Counted from the first letter of the stretch, positions 12,939-26,593 are shown. The stretch: 64,000 bases of DNA from an uncultured Actinomycetota bacterium (GCA_963790225.1 CAWBNX010000003.1:151044-215043), one strand, 5' to 3'. Notes: generated from the sequence alone by a model not told the origin. Made by a program: numbers and translations.

Positions 12939-14609
12939 GTGACGGCCCGGGGCGTGCGGGGCGGGGCGGTCCGTCCGCTGCACGCCGTCGCCACGCTGTG
13001 GCGTCGCAGCATCCAGGCCCGCGTCGTGCTGAGCACGGTGCTGCTCTCGGCCCTCGTGGTCTCCCTCGTCGGCTGGACCCTGCTCGAGCAGGTCACCGAC
13101 GGGCTGGTCAGCGAGCGGGTCAAGGAGGCCGTCGCCGAGTCCGGACGCGCGACGGAGGACCTGCAGGTCAACCTCAGCGCCGCCACGCCGGACTTCGAGG
13201 CGAGCGCGCAGCTGGCCTCCCTCATGTCCACCGAGATCTCGCGCGGGGCCGTGCGCGGCTACGACGTGGTCCTCGTGGGGCCGCTGTCGGTGGACGAGGA
13301 GGGTCGCGCCTTCGGGGGCGGGGAGCGGTTCACCCCGGGTCTCGACCTGTCCAGCCTGCCCTCCGAGCTCACCGAGCAGGTGGGCGCGCCGCAGGGGAAC
13401 GCCCAGCTGTGGACCTTCACCCGGCTGCGGTACGACGACAGCGCCGGCGGGGCGGGCGGAGCCGGCGGCGCCGGCGGCACCGACGTCCCGGGTGTCGCGG
13501 TCGGGACCCGGCTGGTGCTGCCCGCCGACGGTGACACCTACGCGCTCTACCACCTCTTCCCGATGTCGGCCGAGCAGCGCACGATCGACCTGGTGCAGCG
13601 CGCGATCCTCACCAGCGGCATCCTCCTGCTGATCCTGGTCGCGGCGCTGACCTGGCTGGTGACGCGGCAGGTCGTGACCCCCGTCCGGCTCGCGCGGCGT
13701 ACCGCGGAGCGGTTGTCCTCGGGCCGCCTGGAGCAGCGGATGCAGGTCAAGGGTGACGACGACATCGCTCGCCTGGCGGTGTCCTTCAACCACATGGCGA
13801 CCAGCCTGCAGAAGCAGATCCGCAAGCTGGAGGACATGTCCGCCGCGCAGCGACGCTTCGTCTCCGACGTCTCCCACGAGCTGCGCACTCCCCTCACCAC
13901 CGTGCGGATGGCCAGCGACGTCCTGCACGACGCACGCGGCCGGTTCGACCCGGTGACCGCGCGGTCCGCCGAGCTGCTGCAGAACGAGCTCGACCGCTTC
14001 GAGACCCTGCTGTCCGACCTGCTCGAGATCAGCAGGTTCGACGCGGGCGCCGCGGCCCTCGACGTGGACGACGTCAACCTCGTCGACGTCGCCCACCGGG
14101 TGGTGGCGTCGCTGGCGCCGCTGGCGGCGCAGCGCGACGTCCGCCTGTTGGTGCGACCACGCGGGGGACCGTGCGTGGTCGAGGCCGACACCCGGAGGCT
14201 GGAGCGGATCGTGCGCAACCTCGTCACGAACGCCATCGACTACGCGGACTCCTCCGACGTCGTGGTGCTCGTGGACGCCGACGGCGAGGCGAGCGCCCTG
14301 GCGGTGCGCGACTACGGCGTGGGGCTGCGACCCGGCGACGAGGTGCGGGTCTTCAACCGCTTCTGGCGCGCCGACCCCTCGCGGGTGCGGCGCTCGGGCG
14401 GCACCGGGCTGGGCCTGTCGATCTCGCAGGAGGACGCACGGCTGCACGGCGGCTGGCTGGAGGCGTGGGGCGCGCCCGGCGCGGGCTCGCAGTTCCGACT
14501 CACGCTGCCTCGCCGGGCCGGTGGAGCACTCACGCACAGCCCCCTGCCGCTCGTGCCCGGCGACGCCGGCCTGGTCCCGGCGCGTACCGGACGGGTGGGC
14601 TCGACGTGA
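12939..14609 (+). CDS. mtrB: Sensor histidine kinase MtrB
   Basis: Two TM helices, HAMP, FVSDVSHELRTPLTT, RFWRADPSR and GGTGLGL. Confidence 0.95.
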   Translation: MTARGVRGGAVRPLHAVATLWRRSIQARVVLSTVLLSALVVSLVGWTLLEQVTDGLVSERVKEAVAESGRATEDLQVNLSAATPDFEASAQLASLMSTEISRGAVRGYDVVLVGPLSVDEEGRAFGGGERFTPGLDLSSLPSELTEQVGAPQGNAQLWTFTRLRYDDSAGGAGGAGGAGGTDVPGVAVGTRLVLPADGDTYALYHLFPMSAEQRTIDLVQRAILTSGILLLILVAALTWLVTRQVVTPVRLARRTAERLSSGRLEQRMQVKGDDDIARLAVSFNHMATSLQKQIRKLEDMSAAQRRFVSDVSHELRTPLTTVRMASDVLHDARGRFDPVTARSAELLQNELDRFETLLSDLLEISRFDAGAAALDVDDVNLVDVAHRVVASLAPLAAQRDVRLLVRPRGGPCVVEADTRRLERIVRNLVTNAIDYADSSDVVVLVDADGEASALAVRDYGVGLRPGDEVRVFNRFWRADPSRVRRSGGTGLGLSISQEDARLHGGWLEAWGAPGAGSQFRLTLPRRAGGALTHSPLPLVPGDAGLVPARTGRVGST

Positions 14610-16403
14610 CGGTCCCCAGGCACCCGGGCCCGGGCCCGGCACGAGCCCTGGTCCCCGGCGTCGTCGGCGTCCTCGTCGCCTGCCTCGCTGCGGCCGGGTG
14701 CTCCGCGCTGCCCGACGGGGGACCGGTGGTCTCGAGCGGCCGGGCGGCGGGGACCGTCGAGGCGCAGCCGTTCGACTACAACCCGCCCGGACCGCGACAG
14801 GGCGCGCTTCCCGACGACATCGTCGCGGGCTTCCTCAGCGCCCAGCAGGCCGTCCCGGTGAGCACGCGCGTCGCCGAGGAGTACCTCACGTCCGACGCCG
14901 CCACCCGGTGGCGCCCCGACCGGCGCACCATCGTGTACACCTCGCAGCAGGTGGTGGCGCGGGGCACCGACGTGGTGATCCGGCTGCGCGGCGCCGCTGC
15001 CCTCGACGCCGCCGGTCGCTGGCGGGGGCCGTGGTCCGAGGACGGCCGCGGCACCCTGCGGGTGCGGGTGGACCGGGAGGGTCAGGAGTGGCGCATCGTC
15101 GATCCGCCGCCGGCCCTGGTCATCCCCCGCACCCACTTCGAGTCCCGCTACCAGGCACTGACGCTGTCCTTCTTCGACCCCACCGGGTCGATCCTGGTGC
15201 CTGAGCCGGTCTACCTGCCCACGGGCGTGCAGGCGGCGACCCGCCTGGTGGCCGGCCTGCTCCAGGGTCCCCCTGCCGGCAGCCGCGAGGTCGAGCGCTC
15301 CTACCTGCCCACCGGCACCGACCTGGGGGTGAGCGTCCCGGTGCGGGCCCGGGGGATCGCGGAGGTCCCGCTCGGCGCGGCGATGGTCGACCTGCGCCCT
15401 GCGGACCTGAACCGGGCGCTGGCACAGCTGACCTCGACGCTGGGGCAGCTGCCGGAGGTGCGCGGCGTGCGGGTGCTCGTCGACGGCGCCCCCCTCACCC
15501 TGCCCGACGGTGAGGAGGTCCTCCCGGTGACCACCGGCGAGGAGTACAGCCCGACGGTCGACTGGGCCTCCCCGGACCTCTACGGACTCTCGGGGCGCTC
15601 CATCGTGCGGCTCACCGACGGGGCCGAGTCCACGGTGGCGGTGCTGCCGCGGGGTCGCGCCGAGGCCTTCGGACGACCGCGGTCCCTGGGGGTCAGCCTC
15701 GCCGGCGACCGCACCGCCGTGGTGTCCGGGGACGGCACGCGCGTGTGGCGCATCACCTCTCGCGAGGGCGCGGAGGTCCTGCCCAGCCTCGTCGGCCGGG
15801 GGACCGACGTGCTGAGGCCCATGTGGGACCGCACCGGGCGGTTGTGGCTCGTCGACCGCGGGAGCACCTCCCGACCGGTCACCGTGGTCTCGGACAGCGA
15901 CCGCGTGCGTCTCGACGTGCCCGGGCTGCGAGGAGTCCGCCTCGAGGCCGCCGCCGTGTCGCGCGACGGGAGCCGCTTCGTGGTGCTGGCCCGGTTGCCC
16001 GACGACGAGGTCGAGGCGCGGCTCTTCCGCATCGTGCGCGACGACCTGGGGGCGCCGCTCCGGCTGGCCTTCGCGCGGACGCTGCCGGCGCCGTACACGC
16101 TGCGCCGCCCGCGTGCGATCGGCTGGTGGAACCCCACCACGATCGCGGTGATGACCCGCCCCTCGGGGTTCTCCACGCGCGTGCAGCTGCTGCCCACCGA
16201 CGGGGCTGCGGTCGCGGCCACCGGAGCGCCCCGCCTGGACCTGCTCTTCGAGTCCGGCCAGACCATGGCCACGTCCCCGGGGTCGCCACAGAGCCTGCTG
16301 GTCGGCGACGGGGACGGCATCGTCTTCGACCTCGGTGCCGACGGTCGGTGGGCGACCGTCGTCGCTGCCCGCGGAGCTGCGCGCCGCGACGTACGTCGGC
16401 TGA
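14606..16403 (+). CDS. lpqB: Lipoprotein LpqB, frameshift near the C-terminus
   Basis: Lipobox AAGC, GerMN region (LLQGP), beta-propeller; ends ATYVG* in the shifted frame; mtrAB synteny. Confidence 0.9.
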
Positions 16404-16430
16404 CGTCGGCCCGCCCGGCGCGGTCGGCCC

Positions 16431-16484
16431 CTCTCCACAGCCCGCACGCCCACCCTGCGGGGGTCGTACGTCGCGGGGCAGGGT
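16431..16484 (+). promoter_or_regulatory. TCCACAG box plus CAGGGT -10 of leaderless comF
   Basis: CTCTCCACAG at 16431-16440, CAGGGT at 16479-16484, GTG start 6 nt later. Confidence 0.45.
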
Positions 16485-16490
16485 GGGCGC

Positions 16491-17242
16491 GTGCGCGACG
16501 CCCTGGTCGACCTGCTGCTCGGGTCGTGCTGCGTCGGGTGCGCCCGACCCGGCCGCGTCCTGTGCTCGCGGTGCCGCGCCTCGCTGCCCACGGTGGGCCG
16601 CTCGTGCCCGCCGACGCCGAGCCCGCCCGGTCTCGCCGCGCCCTGGTGCACGGCGGCGTACGCCGGGGTGGTGCGCCAGATGGTCCTGGCCCACAAGGAA
16701 CGGGGCTGCCACGGTCTCGCGCGACCGCTGGGGGATCTGCTGGCGTCGCGGTGCTGCGGCGGCGGCAGGGGAGCCCGGGTCGGCGGCGGCACCCGCATGG
16801 TCCCTGGTGCCGGTCCCCAGCCACCCGACCGTGGTCCGCTCCCGCGGCCACGACCCGCTGCTGCGGCTGACCCGGGCCGCGGCCCGCAGCCTGCGGGTCG
16901 CCGGCCTGCCCGTCGCGGTGCGGCCGCTGCTGGTGACCCGCGGCCGAGCCGCGGACCAGGCGGGTCTCGACGCCCAGGAGCGGGCGCGGAACCTGCAGCA
17001 GGCCTTCGGGCCCGCTCCCGCGCTGCGGAACCGGCAGCTGCGCGCGCCGGCGGCGGGCGCGGGTCGTGGTCGTCGACGACGTCCTCACGACCGGGGCGAC
17101 AGCCCGCGAGGCGCAGCGCGCCCTCGAGGTCGCCGGCGTGGCCGTGCACGCCGTCGCCGTGGTCGCCGCGACCACCCGTCGCCACCTGAGAACCAGCCAT
17201 GATGTGGACGATCGGGTTCCGTGGACCGTCGCGGAGCACTAG
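16491..17242 (+). CDS. comF: ComF/ComFC family protein (double zinc ribbon + PRTase), two frameshifts
   Basis: CVGC..CSRC, LVPVPS...RG.D, DQAGL...R..NL and VVVDDVLTTGAT across three frames; stop TAG at 17240-17242. Confidence 0.9.
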
Positions 17243-17245
17243 CGT
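17240..17245 (+). promoter_or_regulatory. -10 element (TAGCGT) for the raiA-motif RNA/hpf transcript; predicted TSS near 17252
   Basis: TANNNT hexamer 6 nt before the 5' arm of the RNA closing stem; overlaps the comF stop codon. Confidence 0.6.
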
Positions 17246-17252
17246 CTGTGCA

Positions 17253-17532
17253 TGGAGTCCGTCCGGGTCCGTGGTTGCGCCAGGGGGGTGCGTCCCGACT
17301 CGTTCAGCGTCGCCGACGTCTCCTGGCAAGCCGATGCCAGTCGCAGGCGAAACGGTCCACGTAAGAGCCCCTCGTGGGTTCGATCACGGTGCGGCTTAGA
17401 AGTAAGTCCTGCCGCCGCGGGAGCACCAGATGTGCTCCCGGCCGGCGAGAAGGCGGGTAGTGGCGGAGAAGCTGCGAGAGCCTCAGCAGGCGGTTGTGGG
17501 GTCGAAGACCAGGTCGGCCGGACGGATCTCCA
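17253..17532 (+). ncRNA. raiA-motif RNA (large structured ncRNA)
   Basis: Conserved blocks GATGCCAGTCGCAGGCGAAACGGTCCACGTAAG (17333-17365), GGTGCGGCTTAGAAGTAAGTCCTGCC (17388-17413) and CAGCAGGCG..TGTGGGGTCGAAGACCAGGTC (17484-17515); closing stem TGGAG-TCCGTCCGG / CCGGACGGA-TCTCCA; typical position between comF and raiA/hpf. Confidence 0.93.
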
Positions 17533-17620
17533 CTCTCGGGACCGTGACTCGACAGGGAGGCACGGTGCACGGCGTCGGAACGCCTCGACGCAGCTCACCC
17601 GCTCACCACCGGAGGTGCGT

Positions 17621-18253
17621 ATGGATGTTGTCGTGAAGAGTCGCCACTGCGAGGTCTCGGATCGGTTCCGTGAGCATGTCGAGGAGAAGCTCGGCCGGCT
17701 GGAGAAGCACGACCACCGGGTGATCCGCATGGAGGTCGAGGTCGAGCTGGAGCGCAACCCGCGCCTGCACGACCGGGCCGTGAAGGTCGAGCTCACCGCC
17801 TTCTCCAAGGGCCCGGTGGTGCGCGCGGAGGCGGCGGCCGAGGACAAGCTCGGTGCCCTGGACCTCGCCCTGGACAAGATGGCCGCCCAGATGCGTCGCG
17901 CCGCCGATCGCAGACGCGTGCACCACGGTCGCCGTACGCCGGTCTCGGTGTCGCAGGCGCTCGCCGGGCTCGAGGTGGCCGACAACGGCGCGTTGCTCAC
18001 CCTGGACGGCGCGGGCGATGACGTCTCGGCCGAGGACAGCTCACCCGAGGGCCTGACCGCCTCGAACGGGACGATCGTGGTGCGCGAGAAGACGCACCCG
18101 GCACGCCCGATGAGCCTGGACCAGGCGCTCTACGAGATGGAGCTGGTGGGCCACGACTTCTTCCTCTTCGTCGACGACGAGACCGAGCGACCCTCGGTCG
18201 TCTACCGACGCAAGGGCTACGACTACGGCGTCATCGCACTGACCCAGGAGTGA
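17621..18253 (+). CDS. hpf: Ribosome hibernation promoting factor (long HPF/RaiA)
   Basis: MDVVVKSRH, VRAEA and REKTH.A.PMSLDQALYEMELVGHDFFLF..VVYRRKGYDYGVI; RBS GGAGG. Confidence 0.95.
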   Translation: MDVVVKSRHCEVSDRFREHVEEKLGRLEKHDHRVIRMEVEVELERNPRLHDRAVKVELTAFSKGPVVRAEAAAEDKLGALDLALDKMAAQMRRAADRRRVHHGRRTPVSVSQALAGLEVADNGALLTLDGAGDDVSAEDSSPEGLTASNGTIVVREKTHPARPMSLDQALYEMELVGHDFFLFVDDETERPSVVYRRKGYDYGVIALTQE

Positions 18254-18399
18254 CCTGACCCGCCGCGTGACCGGTGGGGGGACCCGTGGTGTGAGCGCGG
18301 GCGTAGCCCGAAGTGATCAACGTCCCCACCGGGTGTGGGAGGGGTGGTGAGTATCCGAAATCGCTATCAGGGGTAGTCCGTCCGTGCCATGATCGAGCG

Positions 18400-19089
18400 G
18401 TGGTCATCCCCCCGCCCTCGGCACGCTCCGGCCCGTCCGACATCCGCGTGCTCGTGGTGGACGACCAGGAGCTGTTCCGGCGCGGCCTGACCATGCTGCT
18501 CGGCGTCGAGTCCGACATCGAGGTCGTGGGCGAGGCCGCCGACGGCGTCTCCGCCGCCGCGTTGGCCGCCGGCACCCAGCCCGACGTGGTGCTCATGGAC
18601 GTCCGCATGCCGCGCCAGACCGGCATCGAGGCGTGCGCGGCGATGAAGGACGCGGCACCCAAGGCGCGCATCGTCATGCTGACGGTGAGCGACGACGAGG
18701 CCGACCTCTACGACGCCGTCAAGAGCGGCGCCTCCGGCTACCTGCTCAAGGACTCCTCGATCGAGGAGGTCGCTCAGGCGATCCGCGTGGTCGCCGACGG
18801 GCAGTCGCTCATCAGCCCGTCCATGGCGATCAAGCTCCTCGACGAGTTCAAGCAGATGGCACGCACGGACCGGCAGGCCGTGCCGACCCCGCGGCTGACC
18901 GAGCGCGAGCTCGAGGTGCTCCGGCTCGTGGCTCAGGGCCTCAACAACCGCGAGATCGCCAAGCAGCTGTTCATCAGCGAGAACACGGTCAAGAACCACG
19001 TCCGCAACATCCTCGAGAAGCTCCAGCTCCACTCGCGCATGGAGGCGGTCATGTACGCCGTGCGCGAGAAGATCCTCGACATCCCGTAG
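18400..19089 (+). CDS. NarL/LuxR family response regulator (orphan, intact phosphoacceptor)
   Basis: VVDDQ, VLMDVRMP, GYLLK and LTERE...TVKNHVRNILEKL. Confidence 0.93.
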   Translation: MVIPPPSARSGPSDIRVLVVDDQELFRRGLTMLLGVESDIEVVGEAADGVSAAALAAGTQPDVVLMDVRMPRQTGIEACAAMKDAAPKARIVMLTVSDDEADLYDAVKSGASGYLLKDSSIEEVAQAIRVVADGQSLISPSMAIKLLDEFKQMARTDRQAVPTPRLTERELEVLRLVAQGLNNREIAKQLFISENTVKNHVRNILEKLQLHSRMEAVMYAVREKILDIP

Positions 19090-19095
19090 CCGGCC

Positions 19096-20318
19096 GTGTC
19101 GACGTCCGCCCCGGAGTCGTTGAGCCTCGCCCAGGCACGCCGGGTGGCGCTGGCGGCCCAGGGTTTCCTCGACCCACCCCACGCGGCGCCGACGATGCGC
19201 ACGCTCGCGCGTGCCGTCGAGCGGACGGGGGTGCTCCAGGTCGACTCGGTCAACGTGCTGCAGCGCGCCCACTACATGCCGCTGTACAGCCGGATGGGAC
19301 CCTACGACCCGGCGCTGCTGACCCGCGCCGCCGAGCGCCGACCCCGTCGGCTGGTCGAGTACTGGGCCCACGTCCAGGCCCTCATGCCGGTCGACCTCTG
19401 GCCGGTGATGCGGCACCGCATGGAGGACTACCGTGCCTCCCGGGGCACGTCGGGGATGGCGGTGCAGGACGGGCTGCCCGAGCGACTGGTCGCCGAGATC
19501 CGTGCCGGTGGACCTGCCACAGCGCGCGAGCTCGACGACGGGGCGCCACGGACCAGGGAGCACTGGGGCTGGAACTGGTCGGCCGCCCGCAAGGCCCTCG
19601 ACTTCGCCTACCTGACCGGCGAGCTGGCCGTCGCCGGGCGTTCCTCCGTCGTTCGAGGTCGTCTACGACGTGCCCGAGCGGGTGCTGCCGAGCGCAGTGC
19701 TGGCCGCCCCGACCCCGACTCGCGACGAGGCGGACCGCGAGCTGGTGCGCCGGGCGGCGCGATCACACGGCGTGGCCACCGAGAGGTGCCTGGCCGACTA
19801 CTACCGGATGCGCGTCCCGCCCGGCCCCGGCACGCGAGGGGCCCGGGGTGCGGTGACCGACCTGGTGGAGTCCGGCGAGCTGCTGCCGGTGCGGGTGGAG
19901 GGCTGGACACGCCCGGCCTACCTGCACCGCGACGCCCGCCTCCCGCGCCGCGTCGACGCCCGGACCGTGCTGAGCCCCTTCGACCCGGTGGTGTGGGAGC
20001 GCGCCCGGACCGAGGCGATCTTCGGGTTCCGCTACCGCATCGAGATCTACGTCCCGGCCGACCTGCGCGTGCACGGCTACTACGTCCTGCCGTTCCTTCT
20101 CGGTGACCGGCTGGTCGCGCGGGTCGACCTCAAGGCGGACCGGGCGCGGGGCACCCTGCTGGTGCAGTCGGCGTACGCCGAGGCCGGCGCGCCGCCGGAG
20201 ACCGCTGAGCAGCTCTGGGTCGAGCTGCACCGCCTGGCCGGCTGGCTGGGGCTCGGGGACGTGGTCGCTCCGTCCTCGCGGCGACCTCGGCGTGGTGCTG
20301 GCCTCCCTCGCTCCGTGA
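19096..20318 (+). CDS. YcaQ/AlkZ-like winged-helix DNA crosslink repair glycosylase, two frameshifts
   Basis: [28 protein letters not shown] and YRIEIYVP...[10 protein letters not shown]. Confidence 0.88.
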
Positions 20319-20347
20319 CCCGGGACGGCCGCTCAGGTGGGGACGGG

Positions 20348-21270
20348 TCAGTTCGGGACGGGTGTGCAGTCGATCTCGGGCGTCGGGTCCGCCGGGGCAC
20401 GGTGGTGGCTGAGCGCCTCGAGCACCAGCTGGTGGACCACCGGGTCGTTGGGGGCCTGGTCGTGCTCGACGGGGTCGGCGGGACAGACGTCCTGGATGAC
20501 GATGTTGGTGACCCGGCGGGCGCGGACCGGCCAGGAACTGGCTGCGGAAGGGCGTGACGACCTCGTCGTAGCGGGTCGAGATGACGGTGTAGAAGGGGCC
20601 GTTGCGTCGCCGGTGCGGGGCGTGGACGAGGTCACCGTCGCGGTTGAGCCGCTTGAGGAAGTGCGAGCCGGCCTGCTGCTGGGCGCAGGCGCGGCAGCCG
20701 TCGCCGCTGGGCGGCGGGGTCGTGCCGTCCGGGGAGGGGGTGATGAGCCCTTGCGTGCCGTGGTTGGAGGGGGCGATGCCCACGAGGCTGCGCACCTTGG
20801 TCCGTCCGCCCTCGAAGCGCAGGTACTGTCGCGGCATCATGCCGCCCTGGCTGTGGCCGACGATGACGACCTTGCGTGCGTCGGTGCGACGCAGCACCTT
20901 GGTCGACGAAGGCGTCGAGCTCCTCGGCCGAGCGCTGGATGGGTCCCGTGGCGTAGACCCCGTCGGTCTCGCCGTAGTTGAGCGCGAAGACGCAGTAGCC
21001 GGCGTCGGCGAGCACCGGCGACAGCGTCGACCAGTTCTTCGCCCTGCTCTCGAAGGTGCCCGGCACGAGCACGACGGGGAACGGGTGGCGCCGCGTCGGG
21101 CGGCAGGAGAAGTCGTTGGCGCCGGGCGGCGGAGCAGCGCCGGGATCGGGGGCGGTGCCGCCGCGCTCCGCGGCGGGGGCACCGGAAGGCACCAGCACGG
21201 CGCCGGTGGCGGCGAGGGTGGTCACGGTGACGCCGACGACCGCAGCGCGCAGGCGGGAGGTGAGAGTCAT
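20348..21270 (-). CDS. Secreted lipase (lipase class 2 alpha/beta hydrolase), two frameshifts
   Basis: Signal peptide, [30 protein letters not shown] and QDVCP.D..EH. Confidence 0.88.
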
Positions 21271-21466
21271 GAGGCGCTCCTTCGGCCGCGGGGCAGGGGC
21301 CTGCCCGGGCAGGGGAGGTGTACCCGTGGATGGGAGGGTCAACCAGCGCGTCCGGCGGTGTGGAAGTCTGGGTGGAAGTCGCTGGGTACAGTTGCCACGC
21401 ACTCCCGTGCCCCGCGACGCGCCTGCCCGCCCGACCGAACGTGCCTCGAACCAGGAGCCTGACTTC

Positions 21467-24309
<2,843 letters not shown>

Positions 24310-24342
24310 CGGCCCGCTCGTCGCTCTGACCCGGCGGTCGGT

Positions 24343-24880
24343 TCAGCCGAACTGCAGGACGGTGCAGCGCCAGCGGTCGCGGTGCCGCTCGAGGCGCAGC
24401 GCGAGGGCGCGCGAACGTTCGCCGTGGCGCACGTGGACGCTGACCTCGGCCACGTCGGGGTGCGGGCGGCACACGTGGACGCTGCGGACCTGGGCGTGCA
24501 CCCGGCGTGGGGCTGCGCCGCGCGCCTGCGCGACGAGGGCGGCACGACGCTCGAGGTCGCCGTACACGTGCTCGTCGGTCCACCGCAGCAGCTGCAGGAC
24601 CGGCCGCTGCCCGGCCACCACCTCGACCGCGGCCTGGGCGAAGCTGCCGGCGAGGTGATGGATCTCGGCGGTCTCGTCCCGCCCCTGCTCGGGAGGCGGC
24701 CGGCGCGGACACGGGTGGGGGACTCAGCGCGAGCGCCCCCTGCACCGCCGGCTGACCGCCCGACGGCCTGTCCGGTCGCCCCAGGGACGGTGAGGTGCGC
24801 TGGCGAGGCAGGCGTGTGACGGTGCCCGGCTCGCGAGGAGCCCCTGCAGACGGCCCTCCGGGCGTCGATGACTGGGTCAT
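24343..24880 (-). CDS. Rv3235 family protein, frameshift near 24660
   Basis: EVVAGQRPV.QL.RW and VAEVSVHV..GERSRALALRLE....RW.CT.L. Confidence 0.85.
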
Positions 24881-25628
24881 GGGAGTCCTCTCGTGGAAGC
24901 GGGGACCGGCAGCACCAGACGGGTGCCCGGGTGGATCAGGTCGGGGTCAGGGCCGATCACGCCGCGGTTGGCGACGTAGAGGCGACGCCACGCGTGCGCG
25001 GCGGCCAGCGCCCAGAGGGTGTCGCCGGGCCGGACGACGACGGTGGCGGCGGTGGCCACGGTCGAGGGGCGCGAGGACCGGACGCGGGGGGTCGACCGTC
25101 GACGGGTCGTCGCGGCACGGGGTGGACGGTCCCCGGCCCGACCGCCGGGCCACCGCTGCCACCCGCTGAGGCGGGCGGCGCGGAGAACAGGGCGAGGCCG
25201 GCGGGCCGATGCGCGTCAGCGGGAGCGACGCTCAGCGCTCCGAGGCTCGAGCCCACCAGCACCGCCGCGAGGCGACGGGCGGTCGCCGGGGTCAACCAGT
25301 GCGAGACGTCGAGCCCGGCACGGGGCCGGGAGCCGGGCCGGCCGCCCGCCGGGGGCCGCAGCAGCAGGCCGAGCAGGCAGACAGAGGTGCCGAGGGCGAG
25401 CCAGGCCCAGCCGGTGAGCAGCAGGAGTGCGCTGGCCAGCGTGAGGAGGTCGGCGAGGCTGGGCCTGGTGCCGGCCGCCGGCGCGTCGGCGACCGGCACC
25501 GGGAACGTGGCGAGCGGCTCGAGCAGGGGCGCGACCAGGGCCAGCAGCGCCGCGGTCGCGACCGGCACCGCCGCGAGAGCGACGACCGCTCGTGCCCGCC
25601 CCACCCCGTCCACTCCGGTTCCAGCCAT
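24877..25628 (-). CDS. Membrane-anchored LysM domain protein, frameshift near 25100
   Basis: N-terminal TM helices; C-terminal VVRPGDTLWALA..W.RLY.ANR.VIGPDPDLIHPG. Confidence 0.82.
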
Positions 25629-25711
25629 GTCTTCCCCCGACGTCCACGTTTGATCGTGTTTGACATTTCTAAACCGCCTTTGCGTGGGGAGTCAAGGTGC
25701 ACGGTCCCCTG

Positions 25712-25740
25712 TTGACAGCCGGCGAGGGGCGGGTGAGGGT
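25712..25740 (+). promoter_or_regulatory. Sigma70-type promoter TTGACA-N17-GAGGGT, leaderless GTG at 25748
   Basis: Perfect -35 at 25712-25717 with 17 nt spacer. Confidence 0.55.
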
Positions 25741-25747
25741 GCTGCAG

Positions 25748-26329
25748 GTGACCTCGGAGCCGGCCCACGACGACGTGATGCGCGGCCTCCTGCCTCTGCT
25801 GGAGCTCTTCGACGACCTCGAGCAGCAGGCCGGCGGGCTGGAGCTGGAACGCCGCGACGCGGAGGTGGCGGACCGGATTCGCGACGAGTACGCCGAGGTC
25901 GACCTCGCCGCACGCCTGCACGCCTCGGTGGGGTCCGCCGTGGGGCTGGCTCTCGTCGGGACCGACGAGGTGCGGGGCACCCTCGTCCGGGTCGGGGTGG
26001 ACTGGTGCCTGCTGGCGGTGGCGACCCCGGGCTCCGCGCACGAGGTGCTCGTGCGTCAGGGCGCGCTCGTCGCCACGCGGGGGCTGTCGGACCGGGCGGT
26101 CCCGGCCGGCGCACGATCCGTCCTGAGCCGGCTCACGCTCGCCTCGTGCCTGCGGCGGCTGGGAGAGACGGGGGAGCGTCAGATCATGTGCACGCTCGAC
26201 GGCCGTGTTCGCTCCGGTGAGATCACCCGGGTCGGGGCCGACTTCGTGGAGCTCTGGGACGACTCCGGTCCGGAGCCCGGTCCCCTCCAGCTGCCGCTGC
26301 GCTCGCTGGTCTGGGTGCGGACCGGCTGA
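25748..26329 (+). CDS. Conserved actinobacterial hypothetical protein (two Sm/SH3-like repeats ..RVG.D)
   Basis: LFDDLEQQA, then VRVGVDW and ITRVGADFVEL repeats; start position inferred. Confidence 0.7.
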   Translation: MTSEPAHDDVMRGLLPLLELFDDLEQQAGGLELERRDAEVADRIRDEYAEVDLAARLHASVGSAVGLALVGTDEVRGTLVRVGVDWCLLAVATPGSAHEVLVRQGALVATRGLSDRAVPAGARSVLSRLTLASCLRRLGETGERQIMCTLDGRVRSGEITRVGADFVELWDDSGPEPGPLQLPLRSLVWVRTG

Positions 26330-26341
26330 CGGGTGGGGAGA

Positions 26342-26593
26342 TCAGATCTCGACGTTCTCGGTGGACTCGAGGGCGCTGGCCGTGCGCTGCTGGGCAAGGT
26401 GCCGGTCGGTCTGCTCGTACATGCGCGAGATGAAGTCCTCGAGCTCCGTGGCCTCCACCCGCCACTGCCCGCGGCCGCCCAGCTTCAGCGCCTTGAGCTC
26501 CTGCCGGTGGACCAGGGCGGTCACCTGGGCGAGCGAGGTGTTGAGCACCTCGGCCACGTCGGCCAGGGTCAGGAACCGGGGCGCAGGGCTCAT
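26342..26593 (-). CDS. Excisionase-like / HTH_17 (BldC-like) small DNA-binding protein
   Basis: RFLTLADVAEVLN.S..QV.ALV...EL.A.KLGGRGQWRVE. Confidence 0.88.
   Translation of the reverse strand: MSPAPRFLTLADVAEVLNTSLAQVTALVHRQELKALKLGGRGQWRVEATELEDFISRMYEQTDRHLAQQRTASALESTENVEI

Noticed and set aside
26342-26593. Prophage or ICE marked by the excisionase-like gene
   Set aside because: No integrase, att-like repeats or phage genes; it sits in a typical chromosomal secA neighbourhood.
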